Shown one piece after another: positions 13,307-27,300 of a stretch of 64,000 nt of DNA. The stretch covers positions 2,728,001 to 2,792,000 of the forward strand of contig OZ234493.1 of NCBI GenBank assembly GCA_965153455.1. The letters are read 5' to 3'. Within the stretch, counting starts at the first letter, position 1, and each line of letters opens with the position of its first letter. The position numbers and the translations under genes were made by a program. Source of the DNA: Sphagnum compactum. Its lineage: Eukaryota. The notes under the pieces were generated by a model. It worked only from the letters and a program-made list of their open reading frames with translations. It searched no databases and was not told the origin of the DNA.

Positions 13307-14249
13307 CTAGTTTGAACCCCGTGCCTAATGCACAGGTGTGTTATTTCAACAATGTTTGGTTCATGTTTTAGTTTTTTTTTAAAACTTTTATCTTTTTTAT
13401 TTTTTATTTTTATGTGTTTTCTGTTTTTATTATTATTTTGTATAATCAAAATAAAGTGTTTCTTTTTCACTTTTGTATTTTTGTTTATTTGGATGCAAGT
13501 TTGAAGTTTGGAGAAAGAAGACACACCTCATTCTTTTTCAAATAGGGTTTTTCTTCATTATTATAAGTTTTATTTTTTCTTATTTTCTACTCTTTATTTG
13601 GTTTCTTCTTTTTTGTAATTTTTTTTCTTTTAAAATGATGCTAATGTATTTCCCTTTCCTTGTTTCATTTATTTCCATTCCTTTTTATAGTTTTTGTGTT
13701 TTTACTTTTTTTTTGTTTATGTTTGTTTCATGTTTTAATTTTTTCTATTCTTATTTTGTCTATCTTCATTTTTTTTCTATTTTTATGCGTTTATTTATTT
13801 ATTTAGTTTCTATTTTCTTTTCCAAAAAATTCTAGATTTTTTAAAAAGTTTTATAATAAAAATAATTTAAATTTTTTAAAAAAAATTTGTTTGATTAGAT
13901 GCAGGTTTGAAGTTTGGAAAAAGAAGACAAACCTCATTATTTTTTCAAGTATGGATTTTTTTCTCTTTCTTTTGCTCTCTGTTTTGTTTCTTTATTTTTG
14001 TCATCTATTTTTAAATTTTCTTTTAAGATTATTTTACTGTATTTCCCTTTTTTGTTTCATGTTTAAGTGTTTACAAAAAGATTCTAATTGTTAAAGTGTT
14101 TTTCTGTTTTTTTTTTTTCTAGTTTTTTCCCTTTAAAAAAAATATATTTGTTCTGTTTGGATGGATGACGGGATGGATGACGGGATGGATGGCGGACGGA
14201 TGGATGGATGGAAAGCTTCATTTCATCCCGACGTCCTTTACTATATAGA
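13307..14249 (-). mobile_element. Non-autonomous Helitron
   Basis: The minus strand starts TCTATATAGTAAAGGACGTC and ends with the hairpin CCTGTGC-ATTAG-GCACGGG followed by ...TTCAAACTAG|T. This is the canonical Helitron 5'-TC / 3'-hairpin-CTAG structure with no TSD. Confidence 0.75.
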
Positions 14250-16500
14250 ATTACTGAACTCTTGTACCAAACTGTTTTGTTCCCTCCTAGTTTTTTTCAA
14301 TCCCTCTACAATGGGCCAACTTGGTACTAGGCTAGGTATCTCCACAACAAATGCCTGCATGGTCTAGCCTTCTTCAATACCAATATCGATACCATTCTTA
14401 ATACCACATTAAAACCTATATACCAAACCAACACTAGTGCTAACCTAAGTCAAACAATATAGTTCATTAAAAAACAAACAGCCCATGTCTCTTCTCAATG
14501 CTTCCTACAGGAAGACATTTTTGTCAATCTGAAGCATGTTTATGGACATTAACAATATCAAAATTAGTTAGACAAGGAAACTGAGTGATAAAAGACATAG
14601 CACATCCAGTAACCTTGTAAAAGTCATTTCAGGAGCTGGATTTTGTCTTTGTTTGACCCTTTCCTCTTTGAGGAATTGCTAATCCCAATCTAACCATGCT
14701 ATATTAAGACCAATATGTGAGGTATGAATTAAAACAATTCAAGGTTTCCAAACTTACTAATAATGCTTTTCTGTGAGGTTTAGTTGATTAAAGTTGTGAA
14801 TTCACATTACATTGTACTCATAGAAGGGAAATTATAGCTTGCCATTATGGCATGAGATATTAATACTCTGTTTCAACTCTGTGTGAATGATGATGCCTAC
14901 AAAATGCCCTCCAAAACTCCACTACGTCAAGATCATACATTTCAACTATACCAACTTTTTGTCTGCTATAGTAAAAAAGAAATGATGGGAAATGGAGTGC
15001 CAACTAGCCCTCCCTCCTCTTCCCCCTTCCCCTCCCCTCCCCCCCAAACCCATTGTGTCCATTATGTTTCTCATCATAATGGTACACCAATCATACCCAT
15101 GAGCTACTACTTCACATGCTGATGAGAGCTGGATTGTGGAGAGCTGCTGCTAAATTGATATGTAGAAAGGGAGGTCGCTGCCAGAATAATTTATATACCA
15201 TTATGTTGGAAGCTTCAACAATAATTATATTATTCGTAGAATGTTGAAATTTTCAAAAATTATTTTTTCAAGGAAAAAAAAGCTTGTGAAGGAAACTAGA
15301 GAATCTTTTGGAATCTTAAAACTTAATTAATTATTTGGAAGACAAATGTGGAAGCTGCTCCTGTGCTATGTTATAACAAGACTTTAGTTCAACATGATGT
15401 GAAACAATATTGTTCTAGTATGTGGGTGGTGATGGGTGTTTTTTTTTGTGACAAACTGGGGCAAAAATTTTGGTCTCTGCTGGGGAGGTGCAATCACCAC
15501 AACAGGAGTTTCTAGCTCCAATTTCCCAAAGTCTGCTGTTGAATGAGGTTTTATATACAGTCACAAAGGAATTTTCGCCAGATTTCTCCTGTTTAGCGCA
15601 GTTTTTCTGTTAAATGTTTTCTGTTTCGACAGTTTTCTCGAATGTTTTCGCCACTAAAGATGAATCTTCTATGGGATCATAACCACTCATGCTAAATCTC
15701 TTGAAAAGAAAACACTGGTGGTAATAATAATACGGTAGAAGTACCTGAAACTGCCATCGCCGTGTATCTTAAGCTGAGGTCTATGGTCTATATTGCCCTC
15801 CTATTGAGGCTTGCCTGCTGTCTCTAGAAGAGTAGCCTATGTACTCTGATGAGTGTGACTCAAGCACAACCTTTTGTACTGACTAGGCAAGCTTGAATAA
15901 GAAGACCTGATAACTACTGAGTTGACCTGATTGTTGTCCTCACTTGCTGCATTGATACATCAAACAACAAACAATCCACCTTCCCAATTATAGTGAGTTG
16001 GAAGTGAAATAGAAAGTCTATCTGCCAAGATTTCTATTCCATCCACCACCCACCACGCCCCTCCACAAAGGACAGCACAAGTTTGGAAAATCACAATTTG
16101 ATCATTTTATTAGAGAGTGTGCTTGTCTTTTTCAGGATAGATGATCGAAAGATGATTTATTCTTGTTGTTTTGTATTTAGTTTTTCAGGCAACATGTTAA
16201 TATTATTTTGTAACCTGCTTTAACTTATGTTATAGAAAAAAAGATTACGTTGACAGAAGAAGATGCTTGTTCTAAACATCTTATTATTATTAGATCTCAT
16301 GATTTGCATGTGGACAACATTAGAGGGACTATGTGTGAGATAGCTTCCTACCACAAGAGGGACTAGCTCTCTCCTTTCTTTGGTTCTTGCAACCTGTGCA
16401 TCTTTTGGCCTTTCTTTGGCCTCCCCTTTTGTCTTCTGTGTGATAATTCCAGCCATGGGGTTTTTATTGGATTTTTTTGTTTTTCCTTTAGGGTAACAAC

Positions 16501-16851
16501 CAGTGTTGGGCAGTTCTTAACTTTAGAGTGGTCTTAGTTTTGGTTCAGGTTTAAAGAAGAAAAGGATTCTGAAATCTTGTTCAGGGTCTAGTTCTTAAAA
16601 AAAAAGAAAAAGAAAATTCCCTGCCCTGATTCTGATCCAGTCAGGGGTAACCCAGGCCAAAACCAGTTACTCTTCAGTCGTAGTCCTTTTTTCCAAAAAT
16701 CCCAGATCCAACTCCAGTTCTAGTTCTTAAAAAAATGGGATCTTGATTTAAGTTCAGTTCCAACTCTGTAAAAAGCCAAGAACCCAGTCAGGATTCCAAA
16801 AACCAGAATGGGCAATTCTAACCTGCCAAATTTGGTACTCACCCAACACTA
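16501..16851. mobile_element. hAT-type MITE
   Basis: Termini CAGTGTTGGG ... CCCAACACTA. Interior is rich in GTTC/GAAC motifs. TSD is degenerate. Confidence 0.55.
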
Positions 16852-19800
16852 GTTAAACCCAAGAGCAGTTTTTCACCTTCAAAAAACATATTTGCTTGGG
16901 GTTTGCACTGTTGTGCACTAGCAGTGATGAGCAACTGATCAATTCATGAAAATAATGAATTGATTTTGTGAAAATTAAGTTCCATTTATATTGATTACAA
17001 TGTCATTGGATAGGATTTTGAATTTTTTTATAAGAAAACAAACATCTTAAAGGAGACCTTTCCATAGCTCTGTACTTGGGAATGGACTAAAAAGCTTTCA
17101 GTTTAGAACTGTTCAAATGATGATTTATGAAACCTAAAACTATTTTACATAAACCAGGCTCCAGCTCTGATGAATCAATATTGTCACCACAATTAAATTA
17201 ACAAATCTAGATGAAAATCACATGATAGGGGGTAGCTGTGACTGCTCCAAAGTCTGAGAGGAGCTCTTTTGTACTGTAAGTGCTAGCCTAAATTTTGTTA
17301 AGGCTTGTGATCAACAAAAAGGAAAAAAATAAATTCCATGGAAACATTAATCTGCTCTACAAGATGAGAAGAAAAAATTGAAAAAAACCTACTTTATTGG
17401 CCTGATCAGACTCTACATCATTTCACCCCACTTAGAAGATATGATAGAAATAGATGAATGGCTCACTGAGAAATTGGGCTACCATGCGAAGCCTTGGATG
17501 AACCAGTACCTACACTGGTACCTACTATGGTAAAGACTAAAAACCACAATTAACTTTTTTTGGGTAAATCTAAACATCAATAAGTGTCTGGTTCTGGGAC
17601 TGAATCAAGGTCTCCAAGTCCAAATTACACATTTCTAAGAACAAATAAAGGCACTAAGAGTTCTCAGTGCTCACTCCAGCGGTCCAGAAGGTGAAGCTAC
17701 AAGTGTAGGTGGTGGTTCACCCTGGTCCCATGTGAAGCCTTGGGTGAGTAGCTACTTGACCATGAGGCTCTCTTGGCCCTTGGGTAGATATGAAGGGACT
17801 CAACTGAAGTACTCCCAGATCAACACTTTTAAACTGTTAAGTAAGTACTACCCTTGGTAAGGAGTCCTCATCTCTTAGGTACATGTCTGTGTAATGGGAC
17901 TCAAATCAAGGTGTCCCAGCTCAACACTTAAAAACTGTTTACAGTAAGTCCTATTGTAAAGTAAGGACAGCCCAGATCAATACTTTAAAAAGATGGATGG
18001 TCCTTCTGTAAGTATCACAATTTTTAAGGAATAACACTTGAATTTTTAAGGATCAACACTTGAAAGTTCAATATCTCAAGGTACTTATTATTCAGTACTC
18101 TACTAGCGTCAAAAAGAATTTAATTCTTTTTTTTTAGTTGTAATGAGCTACTTTGATTGGCCCATCACAAAAAAAATTCTGAAACTTTCAACCCTTCCCC
18201 CATTTTAGCCTACACTAATACCCCTGCCCTCATGCCTGTTTTACCTATGTTGAGGATTGAACACAGATTCAACTTAAATGTTATCAGCTTTTGTTTCAAG
18301 CTCATCAAGGATTGCTATGAAGATGATAAGTAGCTTTCCTTTGGCGTTAATGCATCATGTGACCCAGCACTCTCCAATGCACCATCCATTGGAAACCTGC
18401 TATCACTCAGTTGGGGATAGACTACAACTGTTTACAAAGGTTCAACATTAGTAAACCTAACTTGTAAATGATCTTGACTGACTTTCTCACCTCACACTAC
18501 TTCCCCAAACTACCTATGTAAGTGTAACCTAATATCATGGGTTCATAAAGTAAGGTGATGTCAGTGGTTAAATGTAGCCCCATTTTCAACCACAAAAATA
18601 CCCATGCCTATCATTAATGTCCTTTTGTCGAATTTTGTTGATTGCCCCCAAGTTGTGGGAATTTATTTAATTATTCTAGATACCTTTACTTTTTGAATGC
18701 AAAATTGTGATGCAGTGGTTGAAAATTATTTTGTGTGGGTTCAAAGTGTCAAACCTTTTTACAAACAATTCTTTTTAGGATCCAAGAATGAAGATGGCAG
18801 CCATCAACTAGGAATGGTTGGTTCAAATTCCCTTGGGAACATGGTTGCCCTTGGCAAATGGGCCCAAGTTTAGAGTAAACATTGTTTTCCTCATGCAAGT
18901 GGGTTCTAAACAAGATTTCACAAGGCAAATGGGCCCAAGTTTCCAAGAAAACCTATCTTTCTTACCACAAATGAGCTCGTATGGCTTGGGAAAACTTGGG
19001 AAAATTGTATTTGCCCTTCGAAAACTTGTGAAACCATACTTTCCCAAGGCAAATAGGCTCAAAATTTCAAACATGTGCACACTAACATTCCCAAAGGTTG
19101 AAAATTTTATGGATGCAAAGTTTTACAAGCTAAAATTGAATCCTTTTGTTAAGGTACCAAGTTCACCTACCTATAAAATTCAACTTTAGGCTAAATTTTC
19201 AACAAACTTTTATAACCTTACCTTAAGAATCCAAACACGTTTTTGAGAGTTTATTTGAAAAATTCCAGTTTAAATTTCAACTCTGAAAATATTTTAATTT
19301 CTGATTTTATCCTTGTGCCAATTCCACCAGAAAGTTGTTAGGTTGTGTCGAGGTCATAAAAACCTGAACCTAAACCTTTAGGTTTGACATTTCAAATTGG
19401 AGAACTTCTCAACATTGGTTCATACATATAGCTACCCGACGTGATTAACTATCAAAAATTCCCTTCATCCTGCATGATGCACCAGTGATTGTTGATTTAA
19501 TTTCCCCGAGATTCATCAACTATTACTTTGAATTTAAATAAGTAGAAGCATCCAACATCATGAGACCCCCTGAACCAAGCCCCACTACAGACCCTTATTT
19601 GGGAATGCTCCTTGTCATTAGGAGCTTCTGTGCATTGATTAGTATAAATAAGCCAGCCATTACATTTATTACAAATGAGTTATCATAAGAAAGCTTTTGT
19701 TTGGGATTTCTCACAACTCACCACCAATATCAAAGGGCTTTGCTTGGCATAATGCTATTGAAAGTTGCGACGTTTTACCGCAGGGAGGGCGAGCTTGGAG

Positions 19801-20297
19801 TAAGTAGCCTAGCTTCTTGAATGAGCAAAACTATTATGTATTACTCATGACTAGCACCACGGGATTCATGGGATGTATCAGCTAAGTTAGCTAGCTGTAA
19901 GTGTGCGATTCGTCCTGCAGCGGCTTCCTGCTGATCTGCTAAATAAAATACCATGCAATTGCTGCTCTATTAAATACCGAGTTATCGGTAAAGTAGCCCA
20001 AACTGGGGCTACTAGGCCTCAGTTTCGCTGAAACTGGGGACGACAATGAGAAGTCACGATGAAAACAGTACACAGGAAACAAAACAGAGTACCAAACTTG
20101 TTTTCCACCTAAAATTAGTCCGCAGGGGAGTTTCACCACCTCATTTTGGATTTTTCCTTGACTGCTGCTCATGTCATTACATCAAAGCCTTGTCATGACA
20201 AGGTCCTGAACTGATACCCAGTTTCATGAAACAGTACCCAATTTGGCTCCAATTTACAGATACACTCCAAATGGGGATGAAATATGGATTCAACCCT

Positions 20298-20471
20298 CCA
20301 ACTAGGGCCCAAAGATAATGGTGACTTTAGAGTCTCAAACTAGGGCCCAAAGACAGGGTGGCTCAGAGGCTCAAAGTAGGGACCAAACACAGGGTGATTT
20401 AGAGTCTCAAATTAGGGTCCAAACACAGGGTGACTTATTAGCTCAGCTCAAACTAGCCTGGCCCAAAGACA
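20298..20471. repeat. ~36-bp tandem repeat (4-5 units) upstream of the CER3-like gene
   Basis: CAAA(C/G/T)TAGGG(C/A/T)CCAAA(G/C)ACAGGGTG(A/G)(C/T)T(T/C)AGAG(T/G)CT repeated. Confidence 0.75.
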
Positions 20472-20793
20472 GCCTCATAACTCTACCAATTAACTCTAAT
20501 ACATCAACTACACAACAAGTCTGTCTGCTGCAGAAATGGTGATCAGCAGAGCGCCTGGAGGCACCTAATTTAATTGAATTGCAGATGATCATCAATCAGA
20601 TCCTGCAATAAAATTCTGTCAAGGAATCAAAAAAAAATTGTAGACCTGTGTTTTGTTCAAAAGCAGTAGACAACAAGAAAATTGGATCTTGAAGCATTTT
20701 AAAAAACAAGAATCATCTGATACATGTATTCACAGCTGATAAATAGTTTTCAGCACGGAGAGCTTTCAAGAGAGAATATATTTTTGTACTGCA

Positions 20794-20819
<26 letters not shown>
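20794..20819. repeat. (GA)n microsatellite; further GA/CT tracts at ~22431-22455 and ~24302-24335 in CER3 introns
   Basis: Direct reading of the sequence. Confidence 0.9.
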
Positions 20820-20824
<5 letters not shown>

Positions 20825-22223
20825 GCTCTCTACTAATAAGTAGCTAGCTGATCAGATTGCTCCGCATTGATATGGCAACAGATGCTGTTGTTGTCTAGTA
20901 CTGTACTGAATCCTGATGCTGCTCCTTACCCGACGACGTTCTAGAAATTCATTCATGCGCTTCAGCTCTTGTTGTTGTAGTCACTAGTAGGTAACAAGTC
21001 TTTGTGCACATCAAGAAGACGTTGAAAAAGCCGCTGTTGTGTGATCTTCATCATTATCATCATCAACAGCAGCAGGAGCAGGATACCGCCCTAGAGATTC
21101 ATGGATCAGTAGTCTAGTACTTCCTCCGCCGGCCTGCTGCTCCTGCAGCTGCTACATAAGGACTTATACCAGCTCTATGGAGCAGACATTGCAGGTTGAT
21201 CTGCTCCATTCTTGGTGGATCATTCATTCCAGCTTCTGATGATGTGTAGGAGCTGATGTAGCTAGCTTTGATCATCTTCTGCAGGCTCTCAGTATAAAGT
21301 CACGATCCAGCTGCATATCTTGCTCATGAGTAGTCGTGTCCGGTGAGTGTGATCAGTACTAGTCTCTAGTGTATTACTAGGTGAAGGAGCGACAAAGAGC
21401 TGCTACTTAGCAACCCAGCTAGGACCTCAGCTGCAGCTTCAAGCAGCCCACAGTATTTAGCTATAAGCTGCTGCACGCGGGATTTTGAGAAGAGTTTCGA
21501 GAGTTCCACTAGAAGCTAGCTTTCCATGACCAACTGGGGAGTACTATTCTAGTCCTGCAGCTGCTTCCGTTAAAAGAGATAGGATCTGGCCGCCACAGCT
21601 GCCATTCGGGAGATTTCCAGACCGTCATCACAGGTGGTGGTATCCTGGGTCATGTCCTCGACATGTGCACAAGCAGTTAGTGCTCGCTGCAATCGTTGTT
21701 GGGCTATTTCCTCCTCATGAGGCGGCGCAGCTCCTGACGAATATTGCGGGGATCGAAAGCGGGCTGCAAAGACGCACCATAAGCCGGTAGGACTAGATGC
21801 AGCTGCAGCTTTGTAACCACATTCTTGATGAAGAAATTTCTAGATTGTTTTCCGAGTTTTTCGTCGATTGTTTCAAGCTTACTATAACTTTGTGTACTAC
21901 GTAGTTGTTACATCAAGAGCTGAACAAGTTTGGAAGCACAAAATAGTCGACGGCGTGCAAGAGCGGCTACAGTTCAAAAACATTACTCTCGAAGGATTTG
22001 TTTCATCTTGAATCCAAACGCTTCCTGCTGTTTGTTTCTGTCTAGACTGCAGAACCAAAGCTACAGGGATGGACAAAGTCGATGTAAGATATACAAGCTG
22101 CAGCTTATACTGTGCTATATGAACTCACATCTCAGAAATTTATGCGCTTGCAGCAGCAGAGCTTTTTTCTGCAGGAGACGAAGCTAGCTGCAGCAGCAGT
22201 TGAGAGAACATCACTTGCCAGCC

Positions 22224-24298
22224 ATGGGCGCCCAGACACCCATCTTCTTCGAGTGGTATTGGGAGCGGCTTGGCAACTTCAAGGTGAGCATTTGTTCTTA
22301 ACAATATTTTTCTCCTGCTGCTGCAACAGCTTCTGCTATCAAATAAACCCGGAAAGCTGGTAGAGCTGCTGATCCCTGCATAATGCATCAGCAAATCCAA
22401 ATCACGAAATATATATCTATAGACTCTAGCGAGAGAGAGAGAGCGAGAGAGAGAGCTTCTTGCAGCTCAAGAACATGTATAGCTGGTCTTCATATCTGTC
22501 TGCAGTCAGATCCATGAACTGGAGAGTTCTGCAGAAAATGTGAGGGGAACTTGCATGAGCTGATCTTGTGGAATCTTGTGACCCGCTGCAGTATGCTTTC
22601 GTAGTTCCAGTTGTGGCCAATGCGATCCACGGGTTCCTATACCCAGCTGGGGCTGCTCAGGGCGTCCAGGATAACTGGTGTTTCCACCTGTTGTTGCTCG
22701 GGGCTCTCCGCTACATCTGCCAGCAGCTTTGGACAACCTACTCGCGCCTACACTGCCTGGTGAAGAAACATCAAATCCACTCCTGTGGCATCGAGTTCGA
22801 ACAAGTGGATCGCGAATTTCACTCGTACTTGAACTCTTCCTAGTGAACTCATGTAGTTACGTCTTCTCTTTTTGTTGTTGTGGTTGTTTCATTACTAGTG
22901 CAAGCTGCAACTGCTGTTGTTAATTACTTCTGCTGAATTCTGAGTTAATGTCCCAGGCTGCTGCATGATCTCTTGCGGCAAGGATGATCAGTTGCTAAGG
23001 TACCTGAGCTCATGTCTAGAACAAGATTCCAGCTTCTTCTTGTTGGTGGAAAAAATCCTCAACTGTAAAAGCTCGAGGTCCTGCCTGCAACAGCAGCCAG
23101 CTAGCGTTTTCAATGCAAAATGGGTCTGAACTTTTCATGGATCTGTCTCATGTGGAGGGGTTGGGACCATGCTGCTGCTGGCTGGGATGGTGTGTGTGTG
23201 TGGCTGCAGAGATAATCACATGTTACTGCAATTGCTGTTTCTGTTGGCGGCACACTCATGGCTTCCAGGTTTCAGCAATCTACCGATGTGGAACATGAGG
23301 GGACTCATCATCCTCTTGCTCCTGCATGCGGGTCCAGTAGAGTTTCTCTACTACTGGATTCACAGAGCTTTCCATTCACAACCACTACTCTTCCAGAGCT
23401 ATCACTCGTTTCATCACCTCTCTGTTGTCACTGAGCCACCTACTGGTGAGTCACATTAACTCATAGTACGCCTGACCTGCTCATACTCTTCAAGTGAACT
23501 CCATTGAAGAACTAAAAACAAAAATTCTTTTGTTTTCAAAGATCGAAAGATCATGTAGTCGAGAATAAATTCACAAAAGGATTTTTACAAGATCATAAGA
23601 TCCATGATCTTGCTCACTTATATTAGAGGTACCGCAAAGTGCCGAATATAGGGAATGAAGTTGGCTCATTAGGGGTCCAACTGGAGTCGAAATGTTAGGA
23701 GAGCATTAAATTTGTAAATTAATTTGTATCAACATCTAAATTCCTTTTAGCATTGATTGTAGTAACACACCCACCACGAGCATATTAAATACCAATCATA
23801 GCAATTTCGTATTGAATTTTGGTGTTTGGTCAAGCCTTTTTGAAACTTTATGGATAACATCAAAGTAAGAGTGCTGAAATCAACAAGTTACAAAATAAGG
23901 GCTGGATTGGATATGACTTTAAGGATAACTCTAATATTATGTCTATAGAATAATGTCTTGCATGGAGAAGTCATGTCAGCATTACAAAAAAATTCCATAT
24001 GTGATTTGAGGGTTCTCTTGAAGGTTTTAGAAGTGATCCATTCATGAGAGTTTTGTTGTGTTGCCTAGTGCAGGAAGTGTTACAACAATGTTGGAGCAGG
24101 TGCTGCAAACAGGGTTGATTGGAGTGGCTATGGTCGGCACTGTAATGCTGGGAGGTGGCTCCATCAGCATGGTATACATCTACTTGTTGGCCTTCGACTC
24201 CCTCAAGTGTATGGGCCATTGCAACTGTGAATTTATTCCCGCAACTCTCTTCCAACTCTTCCCCATTGCCAAGTACCTGCTGTACACACCCTCGTATG

Positions 24299-24339
<41 letters not shown>

Positions 24340-27300
24340 CCAAAAAAACATTCTCCCAAATACATTCTTCCAATTTTAGAACTCCCAAATTCTCCCAGAT
24401 GGATCCTCTGTTGCTCTTGGTTTTAAACTGCTCCGACTCGGTTCTTCCCCAGCTGGATTGGCTCTGATCCAAGTTTCCTGTTTTCTTGCTCTGTAAAATT
24501 CCAGCATCAATTATTCTGTTCTAGTGCAATCAAGATGAAGAACCCGACACGCACATGATGATGCAAACTTGTAGCAACTATAAAAATTTGCAATTTGGCC
24601 AAGGAAAAATTCAGATACATGTGAAAAATTGTACTGAGAGTTTTGAGGAAATGAATGAGGAAGAGCTGGACGGCCGAGATAGTATCATCTCTCCGTTTGA
24701 AGACTTACAAATGATTGCAACTAATTTACACCGCTGGGTTATTGATAAATTGGGAGCTTCTCTAACTTTCTGTGCTCAAAAGGAAGGGTGGTGGTGGGTC
24801 TATGTTGGACTGAGTGCAGATACCATTCCTTACACCACACAGAGCTGCATTACAATTTCTGCCTCTTCATGCCCCTGTATGATTACCTGGGTGGCACAGT
24901 CCACCCCAATACACTCCCCTTCTTCGCCTCCCTCCGCAAAGGTCAGCTGCTTGAGGGTTGCTTAAGGTTCAATTGGTGTCATTTAGTAGTTCACTGTGCT
25001 TGCACGTTGGTTGGCCAGGCATGGATATGTATGTGGCAACGAGAAGAATTTTTATTCTTGCTCTGAACAATTGTGCAGGAAAGGCGGAGGAGGTCCCGGA
25101 CTTTATTTTCTTGGCTCATTGTATCGATGTGTTGACATCACTGCATGTCTCATTCTGCATCCGCACTTTGGCTGCTTATCCCTTCACTCCTCACTGGTTC
25201 CTCTGGTTACTATGGCTACCAATTCTCATTTGTCTGTTCCCTTTCTGGATGTGGGCACAAACCTTTGTGGCATATCAGTATATCCTTGACAATTTGAACT
25301 GTGTCACTTATGTCATTCCCCGACATGGGTTTCAGGTAAATCAATAAATTAAGACAAGAAGTCCCCCTCCTCCTCCATGCACATTGCAGTTGTGATCTGA
25401 ATAAGTACTCTCACATTTGTCTATTCTCCAGCTTATCAAATTTCAAGCTTCAAAACACATGTTCAGTGCTACTTACTCACGAAAGGTTTCCAAGTAACAA
25501 AGTTTTTCCTCATTGATCTAATCACAACTTGATCTAGATATTTTAAGGGCTTACAAATTCTAGTAGCTCATTGTATTGTAGCCAACTGAAGCCAAATGAG
25601 CAAATTCTGATTTGCTGGTTTGTTTCAAAGTGCAGTATTTCTTGCCATTCTACAAGGACAACATCAACAAGCACATTGAGAAAGCTATTTTGAATGCGGA
25701 TGCTAAGGGAGTCAAGGTTGTTAGCCTAGCAGCTCTCAACAAGGTAAGTTTATTTTTCCTCGAGTTCATCATTATCATTTTTATCTCCTCTATGTGATTT
25801 TCGTTGGTGGAAAAAGGACTTTAATTATTACTTTGTATGATTCTACTCCGTTGCTCTGGCTTTGATTTTAATTTTAAAATTCTGAAACTTACAGTGTTCA
25901 GGTTGGTTGGCATTGCACAAAATAAAAAAATAAATTGGGTTTCACAGAATGAGGAATTAAATGGAGGAGGCATATTGTTTGTGGAGAAGCACAAGGATTT
26001 GAGGGTTCGAGTGGTGCATGGAAACACTCTCACAGCTGCAGTGATAATCAAACAGCTTCCTGTGGATGTGAAAGAAGTTTTCATGACAGGAGCAACCTCT
26101 AAACTAGGAAGAGCCATTGCTCTTTACCTCTGCCAACGTGGTGTGCGTGTATTGGTGGGTCTTGTTTTTTGCTATGAATTACCCTTAAATGCAACTAGAC
26201 TAGACATAAAGCATGGGTCGTTTTTTTAACAATAGGACAAATGGGGTTTAGAAAGTACAATTTCCCTCCTGAGATGCGGGAGGGAATTTCAGTTTGTAGT
26301 TGAGCATTGCATTTCTTCATCGAGAATTCCAGTCCTTCATTCAGCATTGTGGTTCTTCATTGCGGATTCCTTACTGCATGGGTACCCGGGCTTTAGTGAG
26401 GTAACTCCCGAGGAGGAGTGGGAATCCCATTTGTATAGGGGAAGGTGCTGCTGTCAGGGCATTACGCATTAGACATCAAGCAGTCAGAGCATTATGACCT
26501 GGGAACCAAGGGCGGAGACTGAGGTTCAAGGTGTAATGCCCTCTGCCCTTGGTTCTCAGGGGGTAAAGCACTGACAGCAGGACCTTCTCCAGCATTACAA
26601 CCAAGGAGCAAATCATTTGTACAGCTGAGATGTATTCAAAGGAATGCTCGAGGTTGGATCACAGCAAAAAACTTCGCTCTTCAGGAAATTATGCTGAACT
26701 TCCCACACTAGCCTGGAGCGGGAAATTGCACTTGGGGAACTCCCCAAATTTACATTGTGACTTCCAGCCAAGGTTGTTACAAAGAGAGAAAAAGACTCTT
26801 GGCAATGCACACTAATTTAGAGGAGAGAAACCGATTGCACAATGTTTGAATAAAAACCCCATGAAACCTAATGCCAAATCCCACCTTTCAGTTTAACTTG
26901 AAGATTGGAGAGCAAGAATATTTTGACACCTAAATTCTCTAGTTTCTTTTCTTCTTTTTTTCCTTTTGCTTTGTTTGTTTTTTCTTCAGATTAAGGGAGT
27001 CTACCAACTGTGAGGAGTTCAGAAATCTCAATCTTTTTTAACTACCTCTCTCACACACAATTAGATGATATAAATGTCTCAGAAACCTTGTGGCATTCGT
27101 TTATGAGGGGGGCATTTCAAGTTCCATTTGACTCTGCAGATGTTTACAAAGTCCAAGGAGCGTTTTGACAAAATTGCAAAGGAGGCACCACAGGATATGC
27201 GACACAATCTCATCCAAGTTACCAAGTTTCAAGCTGGCCAAAACTGCAAGGTATTGCTCTCTTCTCTCCCACCACCATTGCAAACTATTATGCTGGTACT

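Noticed and set aside
13255-14094. Phe-rich or Lys-rich ORFs (e.g. 13473-13835) as membrane proteins
   Set aside because: They are artefacts of the T-rich Helitron interior.
16250-16270. TGACAGAAGA as a miR156 locus
   Set aside because: Only the first ~10 nt match and no complementary star arm is visible.
20318-20542. ORF with repeating QTQGDL peptide
   Set aside because: It is a by-product of the 36-bp tandem repeat and has no splice or domain support.
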